Shown here one piece after another: positions 11,890 to 25,059 of a DNA stretch of 64,000 nucleotides. The stretch covers positions 26,846,001-26,910,000 of the forward strand of contig OZ281495.1 in NCBI GenBank assembly GCA_965637545.1, given 5' to 3'. How positions within the stretch are numbered: position 1 is the stretch's first letter; each line of letters starts with the position of its first letter. The stretch comes from Phallusia mammillata. Taxonomy: Eukaryota. A model generated the notes under the pieces. The model was not told the DNA's origin and did no database searches. It saw only the letters and a program-made list of their open reading frames with translations. Position numbers and translations under genes: made by a program.

Positions 11890-14466
11890 CTAGGAGTCGG
11901 GCTTTAGGCAATTTTCTGGCAACAAATTTCTAAATGAGTCGAGATGAGCCTGGGCGTGATCGGGATAGTCGTCCTGAAGAAGTTCAATCAGCTGTTTGGT
12001 GCGTTCTGGTGCAAGAAGTCTCAATGGTTGACCCGTGCTCATTGCTTTCACCTACAAACATATACATAAACAAAGTGTTACGACTAGGTAAAAACGGCGT
12101 TTCAGAAGTTATGTTCTGATTTAGGTGACTTCACACAACTTTGTTGGATTATTCTTGGTGGAGTATGTTAGTTAACTTCAGACTTAAAACGATTTAGTTC
12201 CAAACAGTACACATGCTGTTCAGGTTAAATTCCGCAGCACGTCTGCTTAACAAAGTATCACATTTGTGTCATTAAAATCTTTCATTTTGATCGATTAACG
12301 AAGCTCCACAATCATGTATTAACGTTTTATTCGGCAAAAAAGGTTGCATCGTACTGTGGTAACACATCATTTATATGTCTTGTTTTTAAATGCATTAAAA
12401 TTATGGAGAACGACTCAACAGTTTTACCTGAGCTTCGGCAGCTTGTTCCATCGCCGTCATCTTTTCAAATGCTTGTGCTATCGAATGCCCGATCGTAGTG
12501 ACACCGTGATTGGCCAACCAGAGGACGTGCTTGTTTTCTGTTTATGAAATAACGATGTATCATTGCCCTGAAAATGCTGACCTCTGCCAATCGACATTAG
12601 TATCGACATGTCTGCGACATTACTTTTCCCAAATTGCGTACGACCACAATTTGTATCGGGATTTCAAAATGCAACCTACTTCCCAACGTCTGGAACCAAT
12701 CGTTGTAATAAGTTTCCCAATCTTCCACCTTACTTCCATAATATCCGATGTCATGGCAGAGCTCCATAAAAGTCATATTCAGTTGTTCAATCTTTGCGTT
12801 TTTCGTACATGCTAGAAGTTAAAATACGTCAAGCTTATTCATAGTGTTTCGCATGAACTATGTCATTTTATATAAAAATGCTTGAAAAAACGGCACAAAT
12901 CATTATTATTTTTTTGACAAACATGTTGCACTATCATTTATTTTTGGGTGTGTCACTGGTCTAAATGAACCATTTGGGGCTAATCCCATAGAAACAAACA
13001 ATTAGTAAAGAAATTAGATTTCCGTCAAAATTCTACACTCTCGTTTTGGGGAGGTACAACAGCAATGTATCACACATGGTATTATAATGGTAATGTTGAA
13101 TTTAGTTTAAAAAAGGTAATATTATATTTAATTTATTGTGTACATTTGTCCCTTAATACTCGCATTGGTTTATTTGCACTAGTTTAACGTTGAACAACGA
13201 GCCGTAAAAAGCATCTGGAAACTAACTTATATTTTACGTCAGCGCTCGAAAACGTTATGATGTGTTCCTGTGGACGTGTCAAAATTAGCATCTACATTGT
13301 CCCCGTCGTCTTACCAAGACTCAGTGAGTAAATTGGATGACAATGAAACACAGCTATGCAGTCAGGCCGATTCTTCTGCAGTGCGATCATGATGTGCACA
13401 GCTGTATCTGGCATTCTCAAACTTTCCCAGGCCTTTTCACCTTCCGAAAGATCGATTTCCACAATCGATTCCGGTGTGACGTCTGGTTGAGACAATATTA
13501 CTCAAATGAAAACACTTTAACGCTTGTTATCTTGAAAACTAATTCAACTTAAAGGTTAAATGAAAACATTTAATGGGGTATTTGCACCAATATAAAGAAC
13601 TTGCTATGCGCTTTGATTCTACATATTTTGTTCAAAATTTTGAGGGATATGCTCGGTAATACATGCTGTAGGTTTTGATTAGTAATACATGCCGTAGGTT
13701 GCTGTACGAGCCTACGGGAAATTTTATTCGTTCAAATATGCCAAAATACCTTATTGGTTATACAATTGGTCTCTTTACAGCGTACGTGCTTTGTATTCTC
13801 GATTACAACCATCAAATTCTGGAAATAGAATATATATTCTATTTACTTCATATAAAGTCTACCTTTCCAAAGCACTCCAAAAGGCCCTAGCAGATAGCAG
13901 GATCCGGTTCCATCCTTTCGTTTAGCAACAGCGACTGCGTGGTTAAACATCGCATTTCTCAGTCCGATTCCGTAACTGTAAACACCAAAGCGTTTGTTTA
14001 CATTTTATTTGGTTACACTTAAACTGTAAGAAGTATTGTTTAAGAAATAAAACACTTAGGTTTTGTGGTTTAAAAGCCTTGTTTGGAGCGTAGGTTTTGA
14101 TATTTAAAGAATTTAAGAAATAATTTACCACTATGTAACATTGGCATTAATTCCCTTCTAGTCAATCTTTTGTGAAGCTAATGAGAAACATACGAAATTT
14201 TTACTTTTTAGCTTTTAGCCCTTACATCTTGCTGAAGGCGTTTACTGTGAAAGTTGTAGTCGTTTTGTTTAACTCCAAGCCATGTATAAAAAAGAATAAA
14301 AAGCATATGAATTAATGCAGTCTCACAAGTAAAATCCACGACAAGCTGTTGCTAAATCCACCCTTGCTTGCCAATTGTCAGGAAGTTCGTCCGGTCTTTT
14401 ATGGTTGTGACATCGAATAATTTCTGGTAGTTTGTTTTCTGGCTCGTAACTGAAATTGCAACCCAT
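11890..14466 (-). CDS. Class II aldolase/adducin N-terminal domain protein, about 274 aa
   Basis: Exons 14466-14327, 13975-13863, 13482-13315, 12811-12680, 12537-12428, 12051-11890 join in frame (825 nt). Motifs ARVDLATACR, GPFGVLWKDVTPESIVEID, NRPDCIAVFHCHP and LANHGV are typical of class II aldolases. The true start may lie further upstream. Confidence 0.85.
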
Positions 14467-15221
14467 TTTCTTTGTCCTCTCTTTATCCTAAACACACAAA
14501 AAAAACTATTGACAGTTTACAAACAATCAAAGATGTGACAAAAACGCCAAATTAAAACCCATTTTCAAGTTAAATACAGTTTACTAAACGCAAGTATTTG
14601 GTTAATATTGAAAAACCTATTTACAAATTCTGTCCAACCATGCCCAAGCTGCGCAAAAATGTATGCACGCAACACAAGTCCGTGCCAACTTTATGTAAAA
14701 CAGCGATCACGTAGCCATATTCAAATGAGTATGTCGAAAAAAAATGTTCAAGATTGTACAAAGCAAAACCAACAAACTCCTTTCCTTCGTTCTTCGTGAT
14801 TCCGAGCGGAAATCGTGCTTAGCGGAGCCTATACATCTGTTAATCATTTTTTATGTTGAAGTGTTTTGACTTAAATGACAAATACAACAACAAAAGTTGT
14901 CGGATATAGCCTATGTGTCAGAGGGTTGAGTGCACAATGTGCCTAGTGCAACTCTTGACAAAAGTTATTTTTGCCCCAAATCATTTTTTTTGTTACTCGA
15001 TTTTCCAGTTTCACCGTTATTGTGGAGCGTATGAACATAGTTCTGTAAAAAAATGTAAAACAAAACATCAAGAAAGGTAAACTTAAAATTGATGATCTAG
15101 ATTTCTGAATTTTATGCGATTTTTGTGTTTAAAGCTTTACAGGTGTATATTTTAGGTGAAATACAGTATCACTGCCTATAGAGGAAATTTGAACCCAACG
15201 TTTGTCGCAATTTGGTTTCTA

Positions 15222-15560
15222 CAAGTCAAGTCAAGTGATTCCCGTAGTACTGATACCGTTGGGGCACTTTGTTCAGCTAACCACATTCTTCCATCTATGC
15301 TTTGAATGATTGATGTGCTCATCGTTGTGTTTCATTGGACAAGAACCTGGTAATGTTCATCTTCTACCTAGATATGAATGACCGTTGGATCTCAAGAACT
15401 TTGACTAGTCCTGGGGTTTACACACCCGCCTCACTTAAGTTGGAACTAGTGGGGGAGCCGGTTTAGTCGCCGGCAACTCGACCCGAGACAGGTTGCACTG
15501 CAGGGCTACGTGGTGTCAGTGGCAGGTGTAAAGTCTGACCTGACGGAGCCGGGTTTCTAA
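15222..15560 (-). mobile_element. Possible retroposon 3' end with (ACTTG)n tail
   Basis: (caagt)x3 at 15222-15236 followed by a GC-richer island. A short-repeat tail is typical of non-LTR retroposon 3' ends. No second copy in the window. Confidence 0.3.
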
Positions 15561-16183
15561 AATCTAAAATACGTGGGATTGTGTATAGCCCATGCCATGT
15601 AATATTTTATAGTCCATCAATATATGTCGAATGGCTATCTTTGGTTAATGCAAAACGTTTTCAAACATGTTTGTAAATGTTGTAGCGATTATAATGCATC
15701 GATGTTTTCACTTCATAAAACAGTTCAATGTTTTTTTAGTGGCATAAATAAATTATGGAGAGAATTAAGCTCAAAATAAACCCTGAATAACGTCAGAGCT
15801 TTGTACACAGGATCCCCGGCACTATTAACAATAAATCTGATTCAATGATAAAATAGGCAATTTCCGTCCGAAAAACTAATTAGGCAATTCACCCCTTACT
15901 TTATTTTCTTGCTAAAAGCTGTGCACATCGGCCTACTGTTTTCATGTTTGCCAAAAAGTTTTTTTACTCACTCTTTTCAAAGCATATTTTTGGTTTGGGA
16001 AATAGTTGAACTCAACGAGCTTCAGACTACCAGGTTTCCGGTAAAAGGGCATGCTTGTTTCGAGGCAAGACGCGTTGTACTTTATGGCATTGCCAAACAG
16101 CATCAGTTACAACTCACCGTCACAACAGTGTTTACACTAAGGTAGCGCTTGGCATACAAACAATGGCTTGCAACTTAGTAAGG

Positions 16184-16564
16184 GAAACGAGAGAACGTCA
16201 CGAATGATCGCGTAACAAACAGCTTGGCCAAATTAAAATATTGGAATATTGGCGATTTTAAAGAAAATAATAGGCCCGAAAAGATTTCAAAAATTATATT
16301 GAAGTTAGCATATTTCGTCACTATTGGCATTTGTCTCAAAGTGGATGTTAGTTAATTGCATTTTGCTGTAATAATCGAGTCTGGTTCACTTTTTTGAAAA
16401 CCGATTATTAAAATAGAAGAACAGATTAAGCAATGTTGCGAATTTAAAGAAAATAATGGGCCCGAAAAGATTTCAAAAATTGTATTGAAATTAACGTATT
16501 TCGCCAATATTTCAATTTGGCCAAGCTGTTTGTTACGCGATCATTCCTGACGTTCTCTCGTTTC
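16184..16564. mobile_element. MITE/foldback-like element with about 60-bp TIRs and an internal direct repeat
   Basis: gaaacgagagaacgtcacgaatgatcgcgtaacaaacagcttggccaaatt (from 16184) is nearly the reverse complement of 16504-16564. An internal repeat of about 60 bp (tttaaagaaaataat.ggcccgaaaagatttcaaaaatt) occurs at about 16257 and 16443. Confidence 0.7.
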
Positions 16565-17911
16565 TTCTTGCTTTTTTCGTTTTTTTCTGGCAGAATGACA
16601 AGTGAAGCTAATTAACTCGGATTAAATTGTAAACAAAGTTGCAAAACAAACCTCAATGCAAAGCGAGTGACAACAACAAGATACTGTACAGAAATTTGAC
16701 TTTTTGACACCAACAAGAATATTTTGAAGGTGAAACACTCTTACTGCCCTTTGGAGATGAAAAAAGATACCATTTCGTTCCACTTGAGCAGTCTTGATAT
16801 TTTACGCTTCAGGTCATACTACTGTGTTGACTTTTGACAGGACATGTTTCAGTTGTGTGCTTTCTTATACATTGCAATTTACTGCGTAACCAGTACAATT
16901 GCATACGCATATAATCTAAGCAAGAGATTTTAAGTTTCAAAGAGTTATTGGTCAAAAGATTTGACATGAGTTTGTGTACATTCATTCTAACCATGCTGCC
17001 GCTATTTACTTCAGCTTAAGCTGCTGGCCCTGCTGACCAGAGAGTAAAGCGATTGGGCGCTGGCTTCTCTCTGGTGCCCTGCTGGGTGACTGGGCATGAT
17101 AGCACTACAAGCGGCTCCCTTACGACTTTCGGAAAAGTTGTTTCCTGGAACACAACTTATGTCCAATCAGTTGTGGCAAACAGCCCTATTTAAGTAATAG
17201 CTTGTTGACAGTCCGTTAGGCCAGATTAAGTTACTGAACTTGTTTGCACAGTTTTATCAGTCCTCGTGTAAGGTAGTTGACCACAAATGTACAGCATTTA
17301 TGAATGTCCTCAAATCTACAGCTATCATGAGGTGTGCTAGCTTTACTGTTGTTATTTTGTTTTACTTTTATTTTACCAAGTGATACTGCAGTTTCTTAAA
17401 AAAAACTACCAGTAGGTTTGGATATAGTGTTTACCGTTTGCACTGATGATGAAAATGCAAACGCAAAATGTTTGCAATTAAATAAATTCACTGTCTACGT
17501 GGTATCTGGTAGTTTTGTTATCAAACAAGCTCTGTTTTCAGTCTGCGTTTATTGTTCCTTAGTTGCCTTTTTTGCAATCACCACCCTGTAAATTGGAAAG
17601 ATTGTCATCCAGGTAGAAAGAAAGTAGAGCAAAGATTAGGTTGATGGCAGGATGCGCATAAGCAGTAGCGAATAATATGAGAAGCTATTGTCATCAATCC
17701 TAGGTGTACGTTTTATAATACGTTTGAAATCTTCAAATTGGCGCAATACCTGTAATATAAAAAAAGATTCAGAATTAAACTTATGGCAGAAGTGAAACAA
17801 GCATTACAAGTCCAAGGCGGTTTATAATTTCGATAAAGCAGTCTTTGCGTTTTATGGGTAGTAACTTATTAACGAACTTAAAAGTATTTATGATTTGTGT
17901 ACATTTACAGT

Positions 17912-20900
17912 ATGGTCAACGCGTTCATAAAGTGTGCAGCGATAGCAATATGCGCCGCGGTGGCATGGCGGTGGTTTAGTGGCTCAAGGTTGCCACCTAA
18001 CGGCAGAGATGTACAACGCGTGGGGGCGCTCGAGAGCCTTAAAGAACATTCGCGCAAGTTTGATTCGGAGAAGATCGTCCAAGTAACCGATGGCGTGCAT
18101 GTTGCTATTGGTTACGCATTGGCAAACATGATAATGATCGAAGGTGGGCTTAAATTAACTCCTAACTTTTACTTTTAAACGAAACTTTATTTTCGTAATA
18201 ACGTAACATTGAGACTTTCTGTGGTAGCATATCCGCCGTAGCTGTAATCTATGTGAAGGTATTTGATTGGTCAACCAGTACTGATCACTATAAATCACTA
18301 AAATGGCTGCTATAATATATGAAACCCCTTTTTGCATACATATATATATAGGCACTGATGGAATCATCTTGGTTGATACTATGGAACATGAAGACGTAGC
18401 CATGAAAGCCTTTAAAGATCTGCGAAAGATAACCTCAAAACCGTTAAAAGGAATCATTATAACTCATTTCCATTTAGGTACATACTTTCCCTTTTTCTGT
18501 TTTTTGTGATTATCAACGGATTATAAGATATTCGTATTTTATAGATCATGTCGTTGGTGCAGTGTCTCTTCTACGTCAACACCCTGAAGTTCACATTTAC
18601 ATGCACGAGAGCACCAAGTCTGAACTGGCCCGTTTTGGTAAGTTTTGAATAAGCAAGACCTTGTTTAAACCACAACGAACTAGTTTAATTCATCGGCTAG
18701 TAGTATTTAAAAATATATATATCATATCAATCGCAGTACACCAGGCCCATTTGATTTGACGATATACCGAATAAGCCGGTGATCAAACATTCCAAAATGG
18801 AAAGTCGTAGGGTAGAAAAAGTGCCATATGTGAAAGTGCCGTGATTGCTGGTCTGCATAGACCAGGAGTTCCCAACCTGTGGTACGCGTACCACTAGTGG
18901 CACGTGAAGGTTTTTCAGGTGGTACGCGAGTAGCTTCCGTTTTTTCATAAAAACCTGTATTCAGACCTTTATATTTTCTTTTATACTTTACTGGCGATAC
19001 TGGTGGTAATGTGATAATGTAGGAAAGAAACTACAAAAAGTTGTAACTAACATTTTGTTACCAACTTTAGACTATCACATTTGTAGGTTTGGCTACTATG
19101 GTGGACCGTAAACAAAAATCTCATCAAAGTTGGTTGTGGTGCTTTAGTGTTATTTTGGTTCTTCTTCTGAATAAAATATGATTCGATCGAATTAAGAAGT
19201 GGTACGCGTTCCGGTACAGAGCGTCCAAGTGGTACGAGATCATAAAAACGTTGGGAAACCCTGGCATAGACGCTTCAGGGCTGAATCCAGTTATCAATCC
19301 ATGTTCAGTTTTGAAGAAAAAAAGACTTGAAAGCGACCCTTAACATCAATAGCATAATATCGTACTATTATATCGCGAAGGTGTTTCGTTTAATGTACTG
19401 TTTTAGTACAAAAATTTACAATTTGTGATTCCAAATCAATTTCAGTACGTTTGGGGGAAATCAACTTTGCCCGAGGAAGCCGACAGTTTGGAATATTTTT
19501 GGATGAGGACAAGGAAAAAATAAACGCTGGTATTGGGCCACAGTTAATGCAGGACGCAAATATGATGCATGTTGCACCAGAGGCAACTCATACGTACAAA
19601 GACAGAGAAACTTTTAACCTAGCAGGTGGGGAAAAAATTTAACATAAATATGCACTATGGCTTCAATTCTCGAAGTACCCTTCTCATTTTAATACCTAAG
19701 TTCTTAGCACTGGCTATTTCAAGCTTTTTTACCCGATTTCTAGCTTTTTAAACGTTGAATAAAGTGTTTGTCAACATGTGGCAAGTTTAAAAAACGAGAA
19801 TCTGTCAATGTTTACGTTGTCTTGCATGTTTTTGCTTATATTCAGAACGTTACAGAATCGACGTTATTCAAAAACAAAACATTATTGCAATTTATGTCAT
19901 GACCCTGGTGAAGGTGTCTCGAATGGGACATCGAAACGTCGGCATATTATAATAAAGACTGCTAAAAGAGCTTCAATTTGTTCAAACCAAACATATTTGT
20001 ATGTTTTAACAAGGTGTGGCCTTTGAACTTATCCACACGCCGGGTGAGACAGACGATCAAACTACAGTTTGGCTTGCAGACAAACAAGTAGTGTTTCCCG
20101 CTGACAATATTTACGAAACCTTTCCGAACCTGTACGCTATACGTGGTAGTCCGCCTCGGAGTTGCGAAAAATGGTACAAAAGTCTGGACAAAGTACGCCA
20201 GTTGGGGGCGCAACACATGGTGCCCTCCCATACGCGCCCCCTAAGTGGTAAAAAGGAGATCAATGACGTCATTACGATTTACCGTGACGCAATCCAGTAC
20301 GTTCATGATCAGACTGTACGGTGGATGAATAAGGGCTTTGGTGTGAATGAAATCGTTCACAAAGTGAAACTACCTCCTAAGCTTGCAGCACACCCTTATT
20401 TGCAGGAACATTACGGTACAGTAGCGTGGTCGGTCAGAGGTGTGTACGATTCGCTTATTGGATGGTTCGACGGCGATCCTGTTAACCTTTTCCCGCTGAC
20501 CAAAGCGCAGCGCGCTGGACGATGGAAACAGCTACTCGCGAGAGATTCAAAAGCAACCGCAGATGCAAAGATTTTGCAAGACGCATTAAACAGCCTCAAA
20601 GCGTCTGATGATAAATTTGAATTAATAGGGGAGTGTATGAACGATGAACTGCAGTGGGCTCTTGAACTGTCATCTCTGGCAGTAGAAGCAAGTGAAAATC
20701 AAGTGAAAGAAGAAGCGAAATCACTGCACGTTCGCGTTTTACGTAGCCTCGCGAAGTGTTCTAACAACGCCAACGCGAGACACTACTACCTGACTATTGC
20801 ACGCGAGATTGAATCCGGCCTTAAACTGCTCATGACGAAGAATTCTTTGCGCGACTTGCTCTTGACTCATCTTAACATAGACGAGCTGATGTCGTTTTTT

Positions 20901-21203
20901 CCGTTAAGATTTAAAGCAGAGGAATGCGACGAGAACACGCTACTGACTGTGGGTATGGTGTTCACCGACATACAGAAGTCGTACTACTACACTGTACGCA
21001 ACTGTATGGTCGAGTACCGTAAACATCCAGATGCAGTGCCACCTAACGTTGATGCAACCCTTACCACAACGTCCACTACGTGGCGTGAAATGGTCGTGCA
21101 AGAGAGCAGTACTGTTATCCAGTTTGCAACTGGAGGCTTGACGGTGACAGGCAGTATGTTGTCATTTCGAACCTTTATGAATTTAATTGAAACCTCATTT
21201 TAA
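17912..21203 (+). CDS. Alkyl sulfatase ALKS-A (SdsA1/BDS1-like; MBL, dimerisation and SCP2-like domains), about 606 aa, N-terminal hydrophobic segment
   Basis: Exons 17912-18143, 18352-18477, 18545-18637, 19446-19625, 20014-21203, all phase-1 joins (1821 nt). Motifs VTDGVHVAIGYALAN, THFHLDH, HTPGETDDQ, ADNIY, FPNLYAIRG, PSH, YRDAIQYVHDQT. Confidence 0.92.
18725..19285. mobile_element. SINE fragments (inverted piece plus tail) interrupted by a MITE, in ALKS-A intron 3
   Basis: gcagtacaccaggcccatt matches the minus SINE body. The tail gtgccgtgattgctggtctgcatagac...gcttcagggctgaatcc is split by the MITE. Confidence 0.7.
18863..19263. mobile_element. hAT MITE (gtggtacgcg family) inserted in a SINE
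   Basis: TIRs caggagttcccaac / gttgggaaaccctg; perfect TSD gcatagac (18855-18862, 19264-19271). Same family as 38916-39357. Confidence 0.9.
19885..19983 (+). mobile_element. Penelope-like element fragment with a degenerate minimal hammerhead motif
   Basis: ccCTGGTGAaggtgtctcgaatgggacatcGAAAcgtcgg (core 19905-19940). It aligns along its length with the reverse complement of 27088-27190. Confidence 0.6.
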
Positions 21204-22149
21204 TTGTGAATACGTTTCTTGGCGTTTTCGTTGGTGCGTAAGTGATGATAGGTTATTACAGGTAGCCTATTACCCAAAATGTTGCGATTTTTTTCTCCAA
21301 AATAATTTACAGTGTATTTAAAGATTTCTACATTATAGTTCTTCAAGCAATGAAGTCTACTTAGACATTCAAAGCCATTGGAATTTTTTATGTTGTATTT
21401 CGTGTTTACTTAACATTTAAATTATTGAATACTCCTCAGCTGTAGTTGACTGTTTTGATTTGAACAATTTCATCTAAAGTATACGTGATATATATGTCGA
21501 TGTGCCAAAAAACCCTAATTTCTTTATGTTCTACAAATAAGACACAGGTGCTTGCATGAAAAAATAAAGTGTATTAGGTGGGTCTTCTCTCTTCAACATG
21601 TGTTTTCTAATTCTGTTTTGGACGACATACAACATTTGTAATTATATTTTTAGTGTATGTTCATCTTTTTGTTTGTTCCAATTTGTTGTGATTGCGCAAC
21701 TTTCCTTGGTTCCTAATTTATTTTTGAAGGAATTTATTCAATGTTTGATGGGTTTGCTTAGTCTTATAGCAGATATTGACTTCATAGCAGTTTCAACATT
21801 GTTCTGTTGGCCTAGAAGTAAATTAGGACAGCGTCTAATCACATTGTTCTGCTGCTAACATGTCCGCACTATATAGTTTGTCGGTGGAAGAACAAGCATT
21901 TATAATCCATAGTTGTGATTACTTTGTATGCAGCAGGTACGAATCAACCCAGACCAAAATTAGTCCATCAGGGATTTGAGCTTGTGCGCAGATTTAGATC
22001 TAGAGTAGACTTTGTATTGTCATGCGGCAAAACTGTTCACTTAATAGAAACTTGTTAGATCCTTAAACGAAGGGCAATTGCAAATTTGGGACGTTTTTTT
22101 ATTATTTGAAGGTAATTACTTACTCGAGACATTTATACGGTTTACTTGT

Positions 22150-24090
22150 TACCTCATGTTATGACATAAAGGCTATATAAGCCAAAGGAACATTTGAATT
22201 AGACAGCAAGAACTTGATTACACAAATGGCCACAAACGTCGTAAACACTGGGAACCCTCACCTCTCTTATATTCGGTTATGTAGATAAAGCGCATTTGTC
22301 CAATCAGCATATCTAGTTGAGTGGTCTCTTGTTTTTTAGGTCAACGTTTTGAACACGCGATTTCGTAATGGAAAACTTTAAACATGGCGCCACCTAGGTG
22401 GACAAGCCCGTATTTGGTTTACATGCAACGTTTCATGCTTCGCTAGAACTGCTAGCTTAGCCCCATAATCATTGCCATGTCAAGTGTGACTGACCGCTTC
22501 TTCTTCCGAGTTAATGTCTTTCTCTCCCTCTTTTTAAATATTGCTGACTCGTCTTTAGTCAAATGCAGTGGCGTTGTACTTTACTTCAAGATAGGCAACC
22601 CAACAAAATAGAACTCACGTACGTCCTTGTGGCGATCGAGTGAAACAAATATGACCCAATTACTAGCTAACATTCGTAAGATATAACATTACATTTATAC
22701 AGCTTTTAGAGTTGGAGGCATGTTGTTAAATAGACTGTTACAATTGAAGTTTAAACCATCGGTTAAAACGTGGCCCCATGCCCATTTTTTGATTTTTGAA
22801 GTAAATATACAAACCTACAGTAAGTCTATGTGCTATGTATTTACATACGATTAGCTATGCGCCAGTTATGTAAATTACTGACGAATTTATAGAACTGAAA
22901 ATGAACTTTTCGGGTCGGGTTCGTACTTAGGTTTGTTCAAAGTTCGGGCCTTAGTTTGCACTCTGTGTCAGTATTTTACTTTTGAATAAATTTACCCAGC
23001 TAAGTAGCCATTTGCTATAGACCTGAATTAATGTCATACAGCCCTGAAACACCTTGTTTAAGACCAATTGTCTTTTGTGTTTGCTGTCTTGGTCCTTCCA
23101 GGGGCGACAATGTATGGGCCTGTCAACCAATCTTTCGAGCCTAAACTGGCTTTTCAAAAACGATTCGGGTTCGGGCTTGTACTTTCGGTTTCGCGCTCCA
23201 ATTTCAGGCCTGTTTACAATTCTGCCAAAGCAGTTTTATTAGCAGTGGGACAACAATACGTGATATCATCTCTAGGACAGTTGAAGTCATTATGTGGCAC
23301 ATTAGTTGGTCGCAGAGACACACAATGCTGACAGGTTGTGTCGCATTTCTATACCATTGTGCTACTTGCGGGACTGCTCCCCGCCGTTGGTTGTGTTCAG
23401 ACGAATTTAAACAATAAAGCGCAAAAACTGATTGCAAAGAAGTAGTTCAGTGATTCTGACCGTTTTTGTGAGGATTATCATGTTGAAAATTTTTGCTCGT
23501 TGTTTGCTTAACCTGCATATGAAGCGTATGCAAACAGGTGTCAGTTGGTAGTTATAAAACAGTGTGTAACGTTTCTCCAGCTTGCGTCGTAGGTCTCATT
23601 TTTACACTCCAAAAAGAAAATATATATGCGGATAAAAGGTACGAGAGTTACGAGAAAATATATTAGTCATTCATTTTTTAGATCCATGGTTCTAGTTTGT
23701 TTAACAACGGCAAGCCTAAACGTTTTTGTTACCATCCAAAAAAACGAGTTGTGTGCAAAAAAGACATCCTGCCTTATGTTCGCAAAACATAGAGAGTGAA
23801 ATTTGAAACCTGAGCACATTTCACAGAAAACGAGAATTAGTCTTTGTCTGTGTTGTCATCACACCATTTTTTCCGCTATATCACACCATGTTGCATTTCG
23901 CCACGCAGTGTTAATATTTGTCTTTTTGGTAAGTGGTGACCCAAATAATCAATTCAACTAAAAATACCACCATTGGAGTGTTGTGTTGACACTTTTTGAT
24001 AAGGCCATTAACTGAAGGAGAAGAACCGGTTAGATATATTAGAGACAATTTGTAGTCCAACAAGCAAGTCTTTCTGTTAGGATACAACTG
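22150..24090. repeat. Copy 1 of a segmental duplication (left block inverted, right block direct relative to copy 2)
   Basis: About 22150-22700 is the reverse complement of about 27065-27997. About 22700-24090 matches about 28005-28800 directly, apart from a MITE-like insert at about 22905-23225. Confidence 0.75.
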
Positions 24091-24643
24091 TTTTTTTTGT
24101 GTGTGTGTGTCATTGTGTGCCTAACCAACATAAATTATTGTTTTGTATGCAGTTTACAGATAGTAAAACTGCCCTCGACAGTTTTGGCAAGACTGCATCA
24201 CTTTTTGGAATGCATCACTAATTTAATTTTACTGGTATAAATGTGGTTTTGATCCGCCTTTGTATCGAAGTGCAAATTATATTTTCGAGTTTTTGCAACG
24301 AACACAAGCCCTTAATTGTGTTACTAACTAAAATCAAGTTGCACCCAAATTTATCTAGTACGTTGTTGTTTTTTCAAGTTTTTTTTTCTCATTTTACCAA
24401 AAGCTTTTTGTTATGCTCTTAAAATAAGTGATTGCATTGATTTACTTTGGAGAGTTTTCCAAAGCTAGTTCAGCTCTAACTTTGTAATGTCTTGTAACGC
24501 CCGACAAACATCTCTCCCAGGTAACTCATTGATTTGACATCCTTTATTTATTTTAAACGATGACAAAGAGACGGAAATGACGCCATACATTTTTATAATA
24601 GTTGAAAGGCTGCACTAGCCAATGCGGCCGATCTCTCGTCACC

Positions 24644-24695
24644 AGCTGCACTGATGAGACCTTATAGGTCGAAACAGTGTGCACTGTCTGCAGCT
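24644..24695 (+). ncRNA. Type I hammerhead ribozyme, canonical core
   Basis: Stem I agctgca/tgcagct; CUGAUGA 24651-24657; stem II gacc-ttata-ggtc; GAAA 24671-24674; stem III acagt-gtgc-actgt; GUC cleavage triplet with a predicted cut after C24688. Distal stem agccaat (24617-23) pairs with attggct (24704-10). Confidence 0.85.
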
Positions 24696-25059
24696 TATCA
24701 TTTATTGGCTCTATGCTTTTACATTTATAATAGTTGTTTAACTAAAACAATCGATGACCACAAACAACTCTTATTTAGTATGACTACGTCTTGCCACAAC
24801 AAAACTTTAACAACATGTTGAGCGCACTCATTTACTATGTCTCAGCTTTGTGATGTAATGTTCATTACGAAGAGCAGCATAAACGTCCTTGTTCCAGAAT
24901 CGTTTAGTTCTTTACTTTTTCTTAGTTTGTGACAACATGACCTGGAGAATAAATAAACTTGGTTATTTTTATAAAACTACGAGCGGTTGATGAGCAAATA
25001 TTTGTCTAACGGAGTAAAAATTGACGATACAAAATGGTGTTTTAGTCAGTAATTATCGT

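Noticed and set aside
17435-17463. cgtttgca-CTGATGATGAAAA-tgcaaacg hammerhead-like hairpin
   Set aside because: Stems II and III and the cleavage triplet are missing; it cannot form a hammerhead.
22384-22402. CTCF-like motif gcgccacctaggtgg conserved in both inverted copies
   Set aside because: Only part of the consensus matches; short motif matches are not supportable without binding data.
22878-22900. CTGACGA...GAAA motif (also at about 28128)
   Set aside because: The intervening bases cannot form stem II and there is no stem III.
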